This document shows, piece by piece, positions 22,218-31,950 of a DNA stretch of 64,000 bases. Source of the DNA: Candidatus Woesearchaeota archaeon (GTDB taxonomy: Archaea > Nanobdellota > Nanobdellia > SCGC-AAA011-G17 > JACPIM01); contig JAGWAC010000003.1 of assembly GCA_018302125.1 (NCBI GenBank), forward strand, positions 2,206 to 66,205, written 5' to 3'. A model generated the notes under the pieces. That model did no database searches, was not told the origin of the DNA, and saw nothing but the letters and a program-made list of their open reading frames with translations. Numbering within the stretch: the first letter of the stretch is position 1; every line of letters begins with the position of its first letter. A program made the translations under genes and the position numbers.

Positions 22218-23309
22218 TTATTTAAATAAATTTTCCAATAAAAAATCAAACCTCGTAAACTGTCTTTTATCTTCAAATCCCAATGCTTTAAATTGGCTGT
22301 ATTTGCTCATTTTCTTGTAAAATTCTTCATTATCAAAACTCTTTATTCCATTAACCCAATCTATAATATTATAAATATCATCAATAATGATTCCAGATCC
22401 CTCTACTTCTTCCCTTAGCCCACCCCTATCGCTTACAATACAAGGAATTCCGTTGCTCATTGCCTCAACAACAACCCTTGGGTGGGGGTCAGGAAAAACA
22501 GAAGGAACTATCAACAATCTCGCTTTGGAAAAGATCTTTTTTCTGTCTTCTTCATAGCCAATAACTTCAACATTCTTTAAATTTAGTTTATAATCTTTTT
22601 TTCCTGCAACTAAAAAATCCTTCTCAGGTAAAGCTCTTGCAATCTTCTCAAAAATTTCAACACCTTTGTGTTTGTCAGGATTTACATACAAAATATAACC
22701 TCCTCTTTTGTTAATTTGGCATTCATTAAAAGAAATAAATGGCCTTACAACCTCGCTCTTTACATTGCAAAATTTCAGAGTAATATCTCTAAGATAATTG
22801 CTGACAGAACAAATTAAATTCGCATTCTTTAAAGCCCACTTAGTTTTTTTTACTACAAATTTAAAAAAAGGATATTGTACTTGATAAATTAAATCTCTGC
22901 TTAAAGAGAATTTTTTTTCTTCCGGCAAATAACTCATAAAATTATCAATGCTTAAATGTAAAAAACTTCTCAAAAAGACAATAGTTTTTATATTGAACCT
23001 TTTTGCAATCTTAACACTTGGCCCGATTAAATAATCTTGTGTTATGATTAGGTCGGGTTTCTCCTTTTTAATTGCTTTTTTTAATATTCTCTCCCACTTT
23101 CTCCTTAAGAAAAATAAATTTATCCATAATCCTTTTTTTTGTTTAATATTTTGAGGATATAATTTTACCTTTGTATTTCCCTTTATTTTCCCAATATAAT
23201 AAGCACTCACATCATATTTTTCTGCTAAATGTTCTAATAAAGTAAAGGCAGAAACATCCCCGCCCCCCTCAAAAGGATACAACGATTTGTTTGAGTATAA
23301 AATTTTCAT
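22218..23309 (-). CDS. family 4 glycosyltransferase
   Basis: GT-B C-terminal motif (RVVVEAMSNGIPCIVSDRGGLREEV). Confidence 0.7.
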   Translation of the reverse strand: MKILYSNKSLYPFEGGGDVSAFTLLEHLAEKYDVSAYYIGKIKGNTKVKLYPQNIKQKKGLWINLFFLRRKWERILKKAIKKEKPDLIITQDYLIGPSVKIAKRFNIKTIVFLRSFLHLSIDNFMSYLPEEKKFSLSRDLIYQVQYPFFKFVVKKTKWALKNANLICSVSNYLRDITLKFCNVKSEVVRPFISFNECQINKRGGYILYVNPDKHKGVEIFEKIARALPEKDFLVAGKKDYKLNLKNVEVIGYEEDRKKIFSKARLLIVPSVFPDPHPRVVVEAMSNGIPCIVSDRGGLREEVEGSGIIIDDIYNIIDWVNGIKSFDNEEFYKKMSKYSQFKALGFEDKRQFTRFDFLLENLFK

Positions 23310-23349
23310 CTCAAAACCTATAAATACTAGATTTTTAAGCCTTTTCTAC

Positions 23350-24501
23350 ATGAAAATAGCTTATATAACTGCTTTCTATTATCCAACAATAGGCGGGGTA
23401 GAACAAGTAGTTAAAGAACTGGCAGAAAGATATGTAAAGCAAGGTCATGAAGTCCATGTATTTACATCCGATTGGGATAAAAAAAGCAGGATAAAAATCA
23501 AGGAAGAAATAATTAATGGAGTTCATATTCATAGGCATTTTCATATTTTAAAAATTGCAAGTTTTGCATCAGTTTTTCCCTTTTTATTGTGGACATTATC
23601 AAGATATAAATTTGATATTATCCATACTCATGTTTCTGGTCATGCACATACTTTTTTCGGATCCTTAATAGCTAAAATAAAAAATACGCCATTAATTCAT
23701 ACAACTCACTGCCCTTGGACAGAAGGATTTAGATCATTGGCAGGAAGAATTTTAGTTTATTTGTCTTATAAGACTATAAACAAGTTAAGCTTCAAATTTT
23801 CTAATAAAATAATTGCAATTACTCCATGGGAAATTCCATTTATAGAAAAATATGGGGGGAAAAAAGAAAAGATAGTGATAATACCAAATGGGGTAGCCAA
23901 AATATTTTTTAATAAAATAAAAAATAATGATTTTAAAAAAGAATTAAAGATTAAAGAGCCAATAGTTTTATTCTTCGGAAGGTTAAATCCAACAAAAGGT
24001 CCTGATAAATTTGTATTGGCAGCAAAAGAAATTCTGAAAGAAAGAAAAAATATAAAATTCTTGATTGTGGGTCCAGATGAAGGTATGTTGAATAAAGTAA
24101 AAGAATTAAGCAAAGATGAAAAAAATATTATTATTCTTGACCCAATAAGAAATAAAGAAAAAATAGCTAAAATGTATCAGTCTTCCAATGTATTTGTATT
24201 ACCAAGTTATCGTGAGGGATTGCCATTATGTTTATTTGAAGCTTTAGCAAGCGGATTGCCAATTGTAGCTTCCCCAGTAAATGGAATACCCTTTGAAATA
24301 TCAGATCCTGAAAATGGATTTTTTGTAGAATATGGGGATATTCAAAAATTAAAAGAAAAAATATTGTTGTTGTTAGATGATAAAAAACTGGCTAGAAAAA
24401 TTTCCAAAAATAATAAAGAAAAAGCAAAAAATTATGATTGGGATATTATAGCAGAAAGAACTTTAAATTTATATAAAAAGATTATAAATAAAAATCTTTA
24501 A
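23350..24501 (+). CDS. family 4 glycosyltransferase (start at MKIAYITAF)
   Basis: MKIAYIT...GGVEQVV N-terminus; EALASGLPIVASPVNG...ENGF motif; TATAAATA ~25 nt upstream of this ATG; track ORF begins earlier at 23287. Confidence 0.75.
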   Translation: MKIAYITAFYYPTIGGVEQVVKELAERYVKQGHEVHVFTSDWDKKSRIKIKEEIINGVHIHRHFHILKIASFASVFPFLLWTLSRYKFDIIHTHVSGHAHTFFGSLIAKIKNTPLIHTTHCPWTEGFRSLAGRILVYLSYKTINKLSFKFSNKIIAITPWEIPFIEKYGGKKEKIVIIPNGVAKIFFNKIKNNDFKKELKIKEPIVLFFGRLNPTKGPDKFVLAAKEILKERKNIKFLIVGPDEGMLNKVKELSKDEKNIIILDPIRNKEKIAKMYQSSNVFVLPSYREGLPLCLFEALASGLPIVASPVNGIPFEISDPENGFFVEYGDIQKLKEKILLLLDDKKLARKISKNNKEKAKNYDWDIIAERTLNLYKKIINKNL

Positions 24502-24809
24502 ATTTCTAATCTAAAATCAAATTCAGAATAGATTTCTTTAATATATTCAAAATCTTTATCTTTAGCTATTAATCTAGCTCCCCTATTTATACACATCGCA
24601 GCTATCATAATATTGACAGCACCAATTGGTGTTCCTTTTTTTCTCAGTTTTTCTGATATTTCTATAGCCTTGATATAATCTACATCTTCAGGAAAAAGTA
24701 TTTCAAACTTATCAATTGATGGTGGATGTTCTATAACAGTAAAAACAGAAATAGTTCCTTCTTTACATTCTATAGCTATGCTTGTGTCAAGTATTTCTTT
24801 CTTTTCCAT
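24498..24809 (-). CDS. PIN-domain toxin (VapC-like) candidate
   Basis: ILDTSIAIE N-terminal acidic motif and C-terminal NIMIAAMCI...DKDF resemble PIN nuclease; overlaps upstream small gene. Confidence 0.45.
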   Translation of the reverse strand: MEKKEILDTSIAIECKEGTISVFTVIEHPPSIDKFEILFPEDVDYIKAIEISEKLRKKGTPIGAVNIMIAAMCINRGARLIAKDKDFEYIKEIYSEFDFRLEI

Positions 24810-25045
24810 TCTTTTTCCTTCATCTTCTTATAAAATCCAATACTCTCTTTTTCATCAGCAGATTTTATGCTATTTTGTACATCTAAGGGTAAAAGCTTCA
24901 AAAGTTCTTTTCCTGATATATGATTTCTAAGAGACAAGGTTTTTTTTATAATGCTCTGTCTAGCAACCTCACTCCACTTTATTTCTGGGTGTTTCTTCAT
25001 CTGTTCGTATACTGCGTCTGGAATACTTAATGTTATATGCGCCAT
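24776..25045 (-). CDS. antitoxin-like small DNA-binding protein paired with the PIN gene
   Basis: 89 aa, MAHITLSIPDAVYEQMKK N-terminus; 34-nt overlap with downstream PIN ORF, typical of type II TA organisation. Confidence 0.4.
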   Translation of the reverse strand: MAHITLSIPDAVYEQMKKHPEIKWSEVARQSIIKKTLSLRNHISGKELLKLLPLDVQNSIKSADEKESIGFYKKMKEKEWKRKKYLTQA

Positions 25046-25147
25046 ACATAAAATACATATCTGACATATTTAAATACTTTTCTAATAAGATTGCAAAGAG
25101 TTAAAAATACTTAATATTTAAAATTTAAAAAAAGGTGTTCTAATAAA

Positions 25148-25732
25148 ATGAAAAAATTAAGAATAGAATTAGATACGGAAAAATGTATTGATAACAGGAG
25201 CTGTATAAATATAGATCCTTTACATTTTAAATCAAAAGATAATAAGGCATTTCTAAAAAAAGGCGCTGGAAAAGGAAATTTACAGGTTTTAAATCTGGAA
25301 GTTTCAGATCAGGAAGCTGAAAAAATAATAAAAGCAGCAAGTTCCTGCCCTACAAATTCAATAAAAGTTATTGATGTACAGGATCAAAAAGAACTAGTCA
25401 CAACAGAATTAAAGCAAGATAATATAAAAGAAATTGAAGCTAAATATGATGACAACAAAGAATTTGTCCTTGACCCAGCAGGTTACTTTTTAATAAGGAT
25501 AAATAAGGAAAAGAAATTAATAGAAGTTGGCTTTTGCAATGAAAGAAACAAGTTAGTTTTGAAGATTGTTGGAAAAAAGCCAATAGAAGTTTACAATGAA
25601 ATAGTCAATAAAGAAAAACTGCCTATAAGAAAAGATCACTGCGCATATTTAGGCAGGGAACTGCAGAAAGCATATATATCTCTTCAAGAAAATCTTGAAT
25701 ACATTCAAGATGAAGAACTTAAATTTCAATAA
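25148..25732 (+). CDS. ferredoxin-like 4Fe-4S domain fused to a domain of unknown function
   Basis: DTEKCIDNRSCINIDP...CP cysteine pattern at N-terminus; remainder unassigned. Confidence 0.4.
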   Translation: MKKLRIELDTEKCIDNRSCINIDPLHFKSKDNKAFLKKGAGKGNLQVLNLEVSDQEAEKIIKAASSCPTNSIKVIDVQDQKELVTTELKQDNIKEIEAKYDDNKEFVLDPAGYFLIRINKEKKLIEVGFCNERNKLVLKIVGKKPIEVYNEIVNKEKLPIRKDHCAYLGRELQKAYISLQENLEYIQDEELKFQ

Positions 25733-25743
25733 GGAGAAAAAAA

Positions 25744-26022
25744 ATGAGCGTAGAAGAAAAAGTGCAAAAACAAATTGATTGGTTTGAAAGAAGATTTCCA
25801 GATTTAAAAAATAGGAATAAAAAAGAAATAAAAGATTACAAAGGCCAGCTTGTTTATATAATTCTAAATATTAGTACAGAAGAATGTGATGCTGAGCAGG
25901 TAAAGAATTATTTAAGAGAAAAAGGTTATGATCCAGAGCTTGCAAAATATTTTGAAGAAGAAGTTAAAAAAACAAATGAAGAGTTAAAAAAAATAAGGAA
26001 GATATTAGATTATTCAATATGA
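25744..26022 (+). CDS. hypothetical protein
   Basis: 92 aa ORF, 12 nt after upstream gene; no recognisable motif. Confidence 0.3.
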   Translation: MSVEEKVQKQIDWFERRFPDLKNRNKKEIKDYKGQLVYIILNISTEECDAEQVKNYLREKGYDPELAKYFEEEVKKTNEELKKIRKILDYSI

Positions 26023-26060
26023 AGGATAAAAAAACATATCTCAATGAATAACAAATCATA

Positions 26061-27908
26061 TTGACAAATGTCCTCGTAATAAAACAAGGTGCATTAGGCG
26101 ATGTCCTAAGATCAGCATGCATACTTACAGGTATAAAAAGAAAATATCCGAATTCTAAAATTTCATGGTTCACAAAAAAAGAAGCCCTAGACCTAGTAAA
26201 AACAAATCTCTACATAAACAGGATTTTTCTTTACAGCAAAGAAGGCATTGAAAATTTAAAGAAAGAGATTTTTGATATAGTAATAAATTTAGATGAAGAT
26301 TATGAAGCTTGTTCTTTGACAACATATTTCTTGAATAAAAAAGCAAAAATTTATGGATACTATGTAAATAAGGCAAACAAAATAGTTCCAACGCCTTCAG
26401 CAGAATATTATTTTAAAATGTCATTAATCGGCCCGAAACCGATGAACGATGTTTTGAAAAAAAAGAACACTAAAACATATCCTGAAATAATCTATGAGTT
26501 AGCAGAATTAAATTACAAAAAAGATCCTCCTATTTTACTGTTGACTAAAAATCAAAAGCAGTTTGCAGAAGATTTTCTAAGAAGGCATAATCTTACAAAA
26601 AATGATTTTATAATTGGTATTAATACTGGTGCTAGTGCAAGGTGGCCATTCAAAAGCCTGCCTATAGAAAAAACAGCAGAATTAATTGAAAAGTTGTACA
26701 AAGAGTTGAATGCAAAAATAATTCTGTTTGGTGGTCTAGATCAAGTTGAAAGAAATGATAAAATAATGGTTATGTCAAGAGTTCCATTAATAAACGCTGG
26801 CTGTGGTAATTATATTTTTGAATTAGCTTCCTTAATCTCAATTTGCGATACTGTTGTTACATCTGATTCATTAGGGCTTCACATTTCTTTGGCATTGAAA
26901 AGAAATACAGTTGTTTTCTTTGGGCAGACAGCTCCTCAGGAAATTGAAATGTACAATCAAGGCTTGAAAGTGTTTACGTCTTCTGAATGTGTAGGTTGTT
27001 ATTCTTCTTATGATGGTAGAATCCCTAGTTGTATTGATGGCGTCCATGTAAAAGATTTATTTAACGCAGTTTTGGAAGTAAGAAAACAGTCCTTGTCAAT
27101 AGTTCTAATGTCTGCTAAATTAGAAGAGACAGAAAAGACATTAAAGTCTATTTTAGACCAGAAAATAAATGTTCCTCATGAGATTATTGTTTCAACTAAA
27201 GATAAAAATGTAAAAGACCTTATAAAAAAATATGACAGCATAAAAATAATTCTTCAAAAAGAAAACTCACAAAATTTAATAAATGCTGGCTTGGAAACAG
27301 CAAAAAATAAAATAATCTTGGTTACAACAGACAAGGCAGTTCTTGCAAATAATTCAATTAATGAAGTGCTAAATTCATTTAAAGACCCAGCAGTAGGTTG
27401 TATAACTGGCAGACCAGTATCATTAAACCCAAAAACTAATGTAATTGGTTATTGGTCTCACTTATTGTTTGATGCTGGTGCTCATAGAATAAGAAAAGAA
27501 CTTTCATTTCAAGAAAAATTCTTTGAGTGCACAAATTATTTGTTTGCTTTTAAAAATGGTTTTGTAAAAGAAATTCCAAAAGGTATTGCAGAAGACCATT
27601 TAATTCCATATATATTCTGGAAAAATCTTTACAAGTTAAAATATTTGGAAAACGCAAAAGTATTAGTAAAAAACCCGGTTACATTAAACGAGTGGCTAGA
27701 ACAAAAAACAACAAATGCCAAAAAGCACGAAATAATCCAAAAAAAATTAAACTTAAAACAAGCCAAAGTAAAATCACTTAAAAACGAAATATTAAAAGGC
27801 ACAATTTCAGCCCTGGCATATCCAAGAACTATAAAGGAATTTTACTGGACAATTTTGTTATTTTTTGCAAGATTATCAATGTGGCTAAACGTAATAATTA
27901 AAAAATAA
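26061..27908 (+). CDS. bifunctional glycosyltransferase: GT9 (heptosyltransferase-like) N-terminal domain fused to GT2-like C-terminal domain; TTG start
   Basis: N-term KQGALGDVL and TSDSLGLHISLAL...VVFFGQT GT9 signatures; C-terminal ~270 aa with GT2-like layout. Confidence 0.6.
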   Translation: MTNVLVIKQGALGDVLRSACILTGIKRKYPNSKISWFTKKEALDLVKTNLYINRIFLYSKEGIENLKKEIFDIVINLDEDYEACSLTTYFLNKKAKIYGYYVNKANKIVPTPSAEYYFKMSLIGPKPMNDVLKKKNTKTYPEIIYELAELNYKKDPPILLLTKNQKQFAEDFLRRHNLTKNDFIIGINTGASARWPFKSLPIEKTAELIEKLYKELNAKIILFGGLDQVERNDKIMVMSRVPLINAGCGNYIFELASLISICDTVVTSDSLGLHISLALKRNTVVFFGQTAPQEIEMYNQGLKVFTSSECVGCYSSYDGRIPSCIDGVHVKDLFNAVLEVRKQSLSIVLMSAKLEETEKTLKSILDQKINVPHEIIVSTKDKNVKDLIKKYDSIKIILQKENSQNLINAGLETAKNKIILVTTDKAVLANNSINEVLNSFKDPAVGCITGRPVSLNPKTNVIGYWSHLLFDAGAHRIRKELSFQEKFFECTNYLFAFKNGFVKEIPKGIAEDHLIPYIFWKNLYKLKYLENAKVLVKNPVTLNEWLEQKTTNAKKHEIIQKKLNLKQAKVKSLKNEILKGTISALAYPRTIKEFYWTILLFFARLSMWLNVIIKK

Positions 27909-28326
27909 AAAAATTCTTGAGTATAAACATCTCCATTTACATGAAGTTTTGTCTTTGGCAATGCCGAGTATTCTAAACCAATACCAACGTTGTCATCATT
28001 TGCACTATTAGTGGACGGCGTAATTTTTAATGTTGTTGGATAATTACCCCCACTTAAACCACTAACACCGCCAATTGTGTAAGCATAATTGATCCTCAAA
28101 ATCCTAAAAGATCATTAGAAGAAGTATTAGAAATTGCTAAAGAAAACCGAACATTTAATGAAAAATTAAGAGAAAAATATGGTAATTTAGATGGTATAGA
28201 TTATATAGCAGAAACAATATTTATGCATGAACAGGGAAAAGATATTTTTGACAGACTAAAAATAGAACCAATCTGATCATCGAAATCTTTATAAAAAAGC
28301 TTAATTAACAATAGTTTAGAGGCACT

Positions 28327-29715
28327 ATGAAATTTCTATTTTTAGCATGGAAGCATCCTGTAGAACCATTAGGTTTGTTATACATAAGTGCAATTCTAAA
28401 AAAAGACAATCATAAAACAAAAATAGCTGTTATAGGACAGGATGATTTAACAAAAGTTGTTCAGGATTTTAAGCCTAATGTTGTTGCAGGTTCTGTAATG
28501 ACTGGTGGCCAGACAGAATTTCTAAGGATAACAAATGAACTAAAGCAGCATCATAATTTCTTGACATTAATGGGTGGTTCTCATCCAACTTTCCATCCGC
28601 AAGTATTGAAAGAAGAAGGAATGGATATTGTAGCTCAGGGTGAATGTGAAGAGGCAATTGTAGAATTTGCAAATAATTACGAACAAGGAAAAGATTATAC
28701 AAAAATACAAAATCTTTGGATAAAAAAAGATGGAAAAATTTACAAAAATGAAATCAGAAATTTAAATGAAAATCTGGATACATTACCTTTTCCAGACAGA
28801 GATGTTGCATATGAACATAAAATCTGGAAAGATGAACCAATTAGACATTTCATTGCTTGCAGAGGTTGCTCGTATAAATGCCAATACTGTTTTAATAGCG
28901 CCATAGATAAAATATATGGTGGAAAAGGAAAATGGGTAAGATGGAGATCTGTAGATAATTTAATTGCTGAAATCAAAGAAGTATTTCAGAAGTATGGTGG
29001 AAAATTTGTTTATTTTCAAGATGATATTTTTGTTATGAATAAGCCATGGTTAAAAGAATTTGCAGAAAAATACAGAAAAGAAATTAATTTGCCATTTCAT
29101 TGCCATGTAAGACCCAATAATATTGATGAAAATACGGCTCGCCTATTAAGTGAAGCAGGGTGTTATTCAGTTCATATGGCATTAGAAGCAGCAGATGATT
29201 ATATTAGAAATGTAATAATTAAAAGAGAAATGGATAAAGAAACAGTTTACAAAGCATCAGACTTGCTGCATAAATATGGGATTAAAATTATGTTGCAGAA
29301 TATTTTGGGTTTGCCAGAATCTAGCTTGGAAACAGATTTGGAAACATTAAAGATGAATATTAAATGTAAGCCATTATATGCTTGGTGTTCAATATTCCAG
29401 CCATATCCTGGTTTGCCGTTGACAGAATATGCTATATCAAGAAACTTATTAGAGGGCGATTTTGATGATATTGGTCCAAAGTTCTTTGAAACAACTGTAG
29501 TTAAGTTAGAAAATAAAAAACAAATCGAATACTTGCAAAAATGGTTTGCAGTTGCATCAGCTTATCCATTTATTTATAAAACTGGATTGTTAAAATTAAT
29601 ATTAAATATGCCTGATAATAAGCATATAAAAAATCTTTACAAATTCATTTACAATAAATTTAGAAATCATAAAGACAATCAATTATATGGTATTAAATTG
29701 TCAAGTGCTGCTTAA
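28327..29715 (+). CDS. B12-binding radical SAM protein (class B)
   Basis: ACRGCSYKCQYC motif; N-terminal B12-binding-like domain. Confidence 0.85.
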   Translation: MKFLFLAWKHPVEPLGLLYISAILKKDNHKTKIAVIGQDDLTKVVQDFKPNVVAGSVMTGGQTEFLRITNELKQHHNFLTLMGGSHPTFHPQVLKEEGMDIVAQGECEEAIVEFANNYEQGKDYTKIQNLWIKKDGKIYKNEIRNLNENLDTLPFPDRDVAYEHKIWKDEPIRHFIACRGCSYKCQYCFNSAIDKIYGGKGKWVRWRSVDNLIAEIKEVFQKYGGKFVYFQDDIFVMNKPWLKEFAEKYRKEINLPFHCHVRPNNIDENTARLLSEAGCYSVHMALEAADDYIRNVIIKREMDKETVYKASDLLHKYGIKIMLQNILGLPESSLETDLETLKMNIKCKPLYAWCSIFQPYPGLPLTEYAISRNLLEGDFDDIGPKFFETTVVKLENKKQIEYLQKWFAVASAYPFIYKTGLLKLILNMPDNKHIKNLYKFIYNKFRNHKDNQLYGIKLSSAA

Positions 29716-29717
29716 AA

Positions 29718-30869
29718 TCAATTTATTACTCTTCCACTTTCATATACAATCATTTTTCTTCTTCTCAATTCTTTGAAAAATGGTTCTGGTGGCACAATAG
29801 CTTCAGGAGCAAAACTTCCCTTTTCTTTTATAATCTCATTTTTTACCATTTGTGCCATAATGCTTGCAGGCATTCCAGTATCAATATTACAACCAGCATC
29901 ATGCCACCCATTTATTGTTGGTACAATGCACTCCATCAAAATAGTTTTCTTTTCCCTGTTTTTTTCCCCACTAATCTTTACCCATAAATTCTCCTCTTCT
30001 TTGTATCCTTTGGGAACTTCAATTCTCTTCAAAACTTCTGTTAAAAAATCAACTGGAGCTATTTTTACACCATTAAAGAAAATTTCTTCTTTGCTTCCAA
30101 ATCCCAGATCTATCATAGCTAATATTTTTTCAAAAGAATGTTGTGGGAATCCAGCATAAAATCTAATGTTCTTTACACCCTTGTCCTTGAAATATTTGTA
30201 AAAAGTATAGGTTTCTGGGTGTCTTACAAAAAACTCTTTTTGCTTTCCTATCTCTCTATGATGATCAACAATTACAGAATCCAAAGGAGTCTTTTTAATA
30301 AATTTTTTATTCTCAACTACTGGGGCTGGATCTGTAAATTCTTCAATAATGCTTTTTATTGAAAATGGGACTACAAACTTTTTAATATTAGAATCCCAGC
30401 TAAATCCTACCTCAATATCAATAACTTTGTCTAATTTATTTGCAGCATGAGTTAACATTACATTTCCAATTCCAGGAACTGATCCGCATCCTGTAATAGA
30501 TATTAATTCTTTTCTTTGCAATAAATCATTTAATTTAAACTGCTCTTTAGTCATCCAAATTTCTGACCCTAAATCTAAACAATTTGCTCCAGCTTTTATA
30601 GATAATTGTAAAGCAGTTAAATTAAAATCTCCCTCCATGCAGTTTACAACTACACTGGATCCAGATTTCTTAAGAACCTTTAATGCATTATGAATATCTC
30701 TTATGTCTACAAATTGAAAAGAAGTTTTGTCATACTTGTTTAAAATTTGTTCTACTCTAGGTTTATCTCTTCCGCACAATAAAACAGAATAACCATTCTC
30801 TAATAAATCTCTAGACACAATTCTGCCCTGCATACCAGTGGCACCCAAAACTACAAAATCGTACTTCAT
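29718..30869 (-). CDS. saccharopine dehydrogenase-like NAD(P)-binding oxidoreductase
   Basis: VLGATGMQG Rossmann N-terminus and overall Sacchrp_dh-like layout. Confidence 0.6.
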   Translation of the reverse strand: MKYDFVVLGATGMQGRIVSRDLLENGYSVLLCGRDKPRVEQILNKYDKTSFQFVDIRDIHNALKVLKKSGSSVVVNCMEGDFNLTALQLSIKAGANCLDLGSEIWMTKEQFKLNDLLQRKELISITGCGSVPGIGNVMLTHAANKLDKVIDIEVGFSWDSNIKKFVVPFSIKSIIEEFTDPAPVVENKKFIKKTPLDSVIVDHHREIGKQKEFFVRHPETYTFYKYFKDKGVKNIRFYAGFPQHSFEKILAMIDLGFGSKEEIFFNGVKIAPVDFLTEVLKRIEVPKGYKEEENLWVKISGEKNREKKTILMECIVPTINGWHDAGCNIDTGMPASIMAQMVKNEIIKEKGSFAPEAIVPPEPFFKELRRRKMIVYESGRVIN

Positions 30870-30939
30870 TTTACATAATATAAAGAAATCCTAATTTAAA
30901 AAGTTTTAGTTATTTTTTTTATGATATAATCAATTTTAT

Positions 30940-31812
30940 CTAAATTAACTTTTCATGCTTTTGTCTTATGCCTTCATATACTCCTATAAAAAAAGCAGAC
31001 ATTAAATCAAAATGACCTCTTTTTATAAAAAGACAAAACTGCATTGGCAGTATAAAAAATAAACTAATTAGCAAAAACAAACAATATCTTAATGAACTTA
31101 CATGTTTTTTCATAAAAATAAACCTGTTTCTTGTCAAGAAATAAACAACTCTTCTGTTCTTTTTTCCACCGCTGCTTCCATATAGTTTATGCCAAACTTT
31201 TGCTCTAGGATTAATGAATATTTTATATCCCTTTTCCATAGCCTTAAATTGAAGATCCTCAGTTTCAAGATATAAAAAATATTTCTCATCATATCCACCA
31301 AGATTTTGAAATATCTCCTTATTAAAAATCATTACACACGCATCAGTATATTCTCCATAGTTTAACTCCCTAATCTCTTTTTCATCTTTTAAAGCATTGC
31401 CTATGCCAGTAAATAAATTTATTCTGCCTCCAAAAGCATTTACTTTCTCCTTATCATTAAAATTATAAATAGCACCTCCGACAAAAGCAATTTTTCTATC
31501 TTTTTCAATTAATTCTAAAAGTTCTTTGACTGCCTCCTTGTCAACCTCAATATCAGGGTTTAACAATAAAACATATTTGCTTTCTATATATTCTAAAGCC
31601 TTGTTAACTCCACCAGCTAACCCAAAATTTTTATTGCTCTTAATTAAAATAACCTCTCCACATTCCTCTAATTTTCTTAAATCTTCATTTGAATTATTAT
31701 CAAAAATTAAAACATCAGAGTTTTTATAAGAAGAATCTTTTAAATTTTGAATTAAATTCAAAGTATCTCTTGTACTGTTGTAATTTACAATTAAAATGCA
31801 GAGTTTTTTCAT
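30940..31812 (-). CDS. family 2 glycosyltransferase (start likely at MKKLCILIVNYN)
   Basis: ILIVNYNS, DxD-like region, GT2 catalytic domain; C-terminal TM helix. Confidence 0.7.
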   Translation of the reverse strand: MKKLCILIVNYNSTRDTLNLIQNLKDSSYKNSDVLIFDNNSNEDLRKLEECGEVILIKSNKNFGLAGGVNKALEYIESKYVLLLNPDIEVDKEAVKELLELIEKDRKIAFVGGAIYNFNDKEKVNAFGGRINLFTGIGNALKDEKEIRELNYGEYTDACVMIFNKEIFQNLGGYDEKYFLYLETEDLQFKAMEKGYKIFINPRAKVWHKLYGSSGGKKNRRVVYFLTRNRFIFMKKHVSSLRYCLFLLISLFFILPMQFCLFIKRGHFDLMSAFFIGVYEGIRQKHEKLI

Positions 31813-31917
31813 GAATAAAAATAAAAAGCACAATATTTATAAACTACCTGTTTCTCTAAAAAATTACCCTTACTGTATCAATAATTAGTCGCTGATTCTA
31901 GAAAGAAATATAAAGCA

Positions 31918-31950
31918 AGTTTAGTCGTTTTTGATTAAACTTTTACAAAA
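31918..31950 (+). promoter_or_regulatory. shared upstream motif, instance 1 (abuts rpl3 ATG): AGTCGTTTTTGATTAAACTTTTACAAAA
   Basis: Shares CGTTTT - N4-7 - AAAC/AGCGC - TTTT - CAAAA/GAAAA arrangement with three other instances; coordinates +/-2. Confidence 0.45.

Noticed and set aside
23287-23349. Upstream extension of the GT4 gene (track start 23287)
   Set aside because: It would overlap the convergent... actually divergent neighbour 22218-23309 by 23 nt; the internal ATG at 23350 has a TATA-like box at the right distance and begins the conserved GT4 N-terminus.
27842-28099. 85-aa minus ORF (Gly/Thr-rich, beta-strand-like)
   Set aside because: Overlaps the 3' end of the GT9-GT2 gene by 67 nt and has no start context; possibly a remnant, so not called as a gene. 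Noted in the findings.
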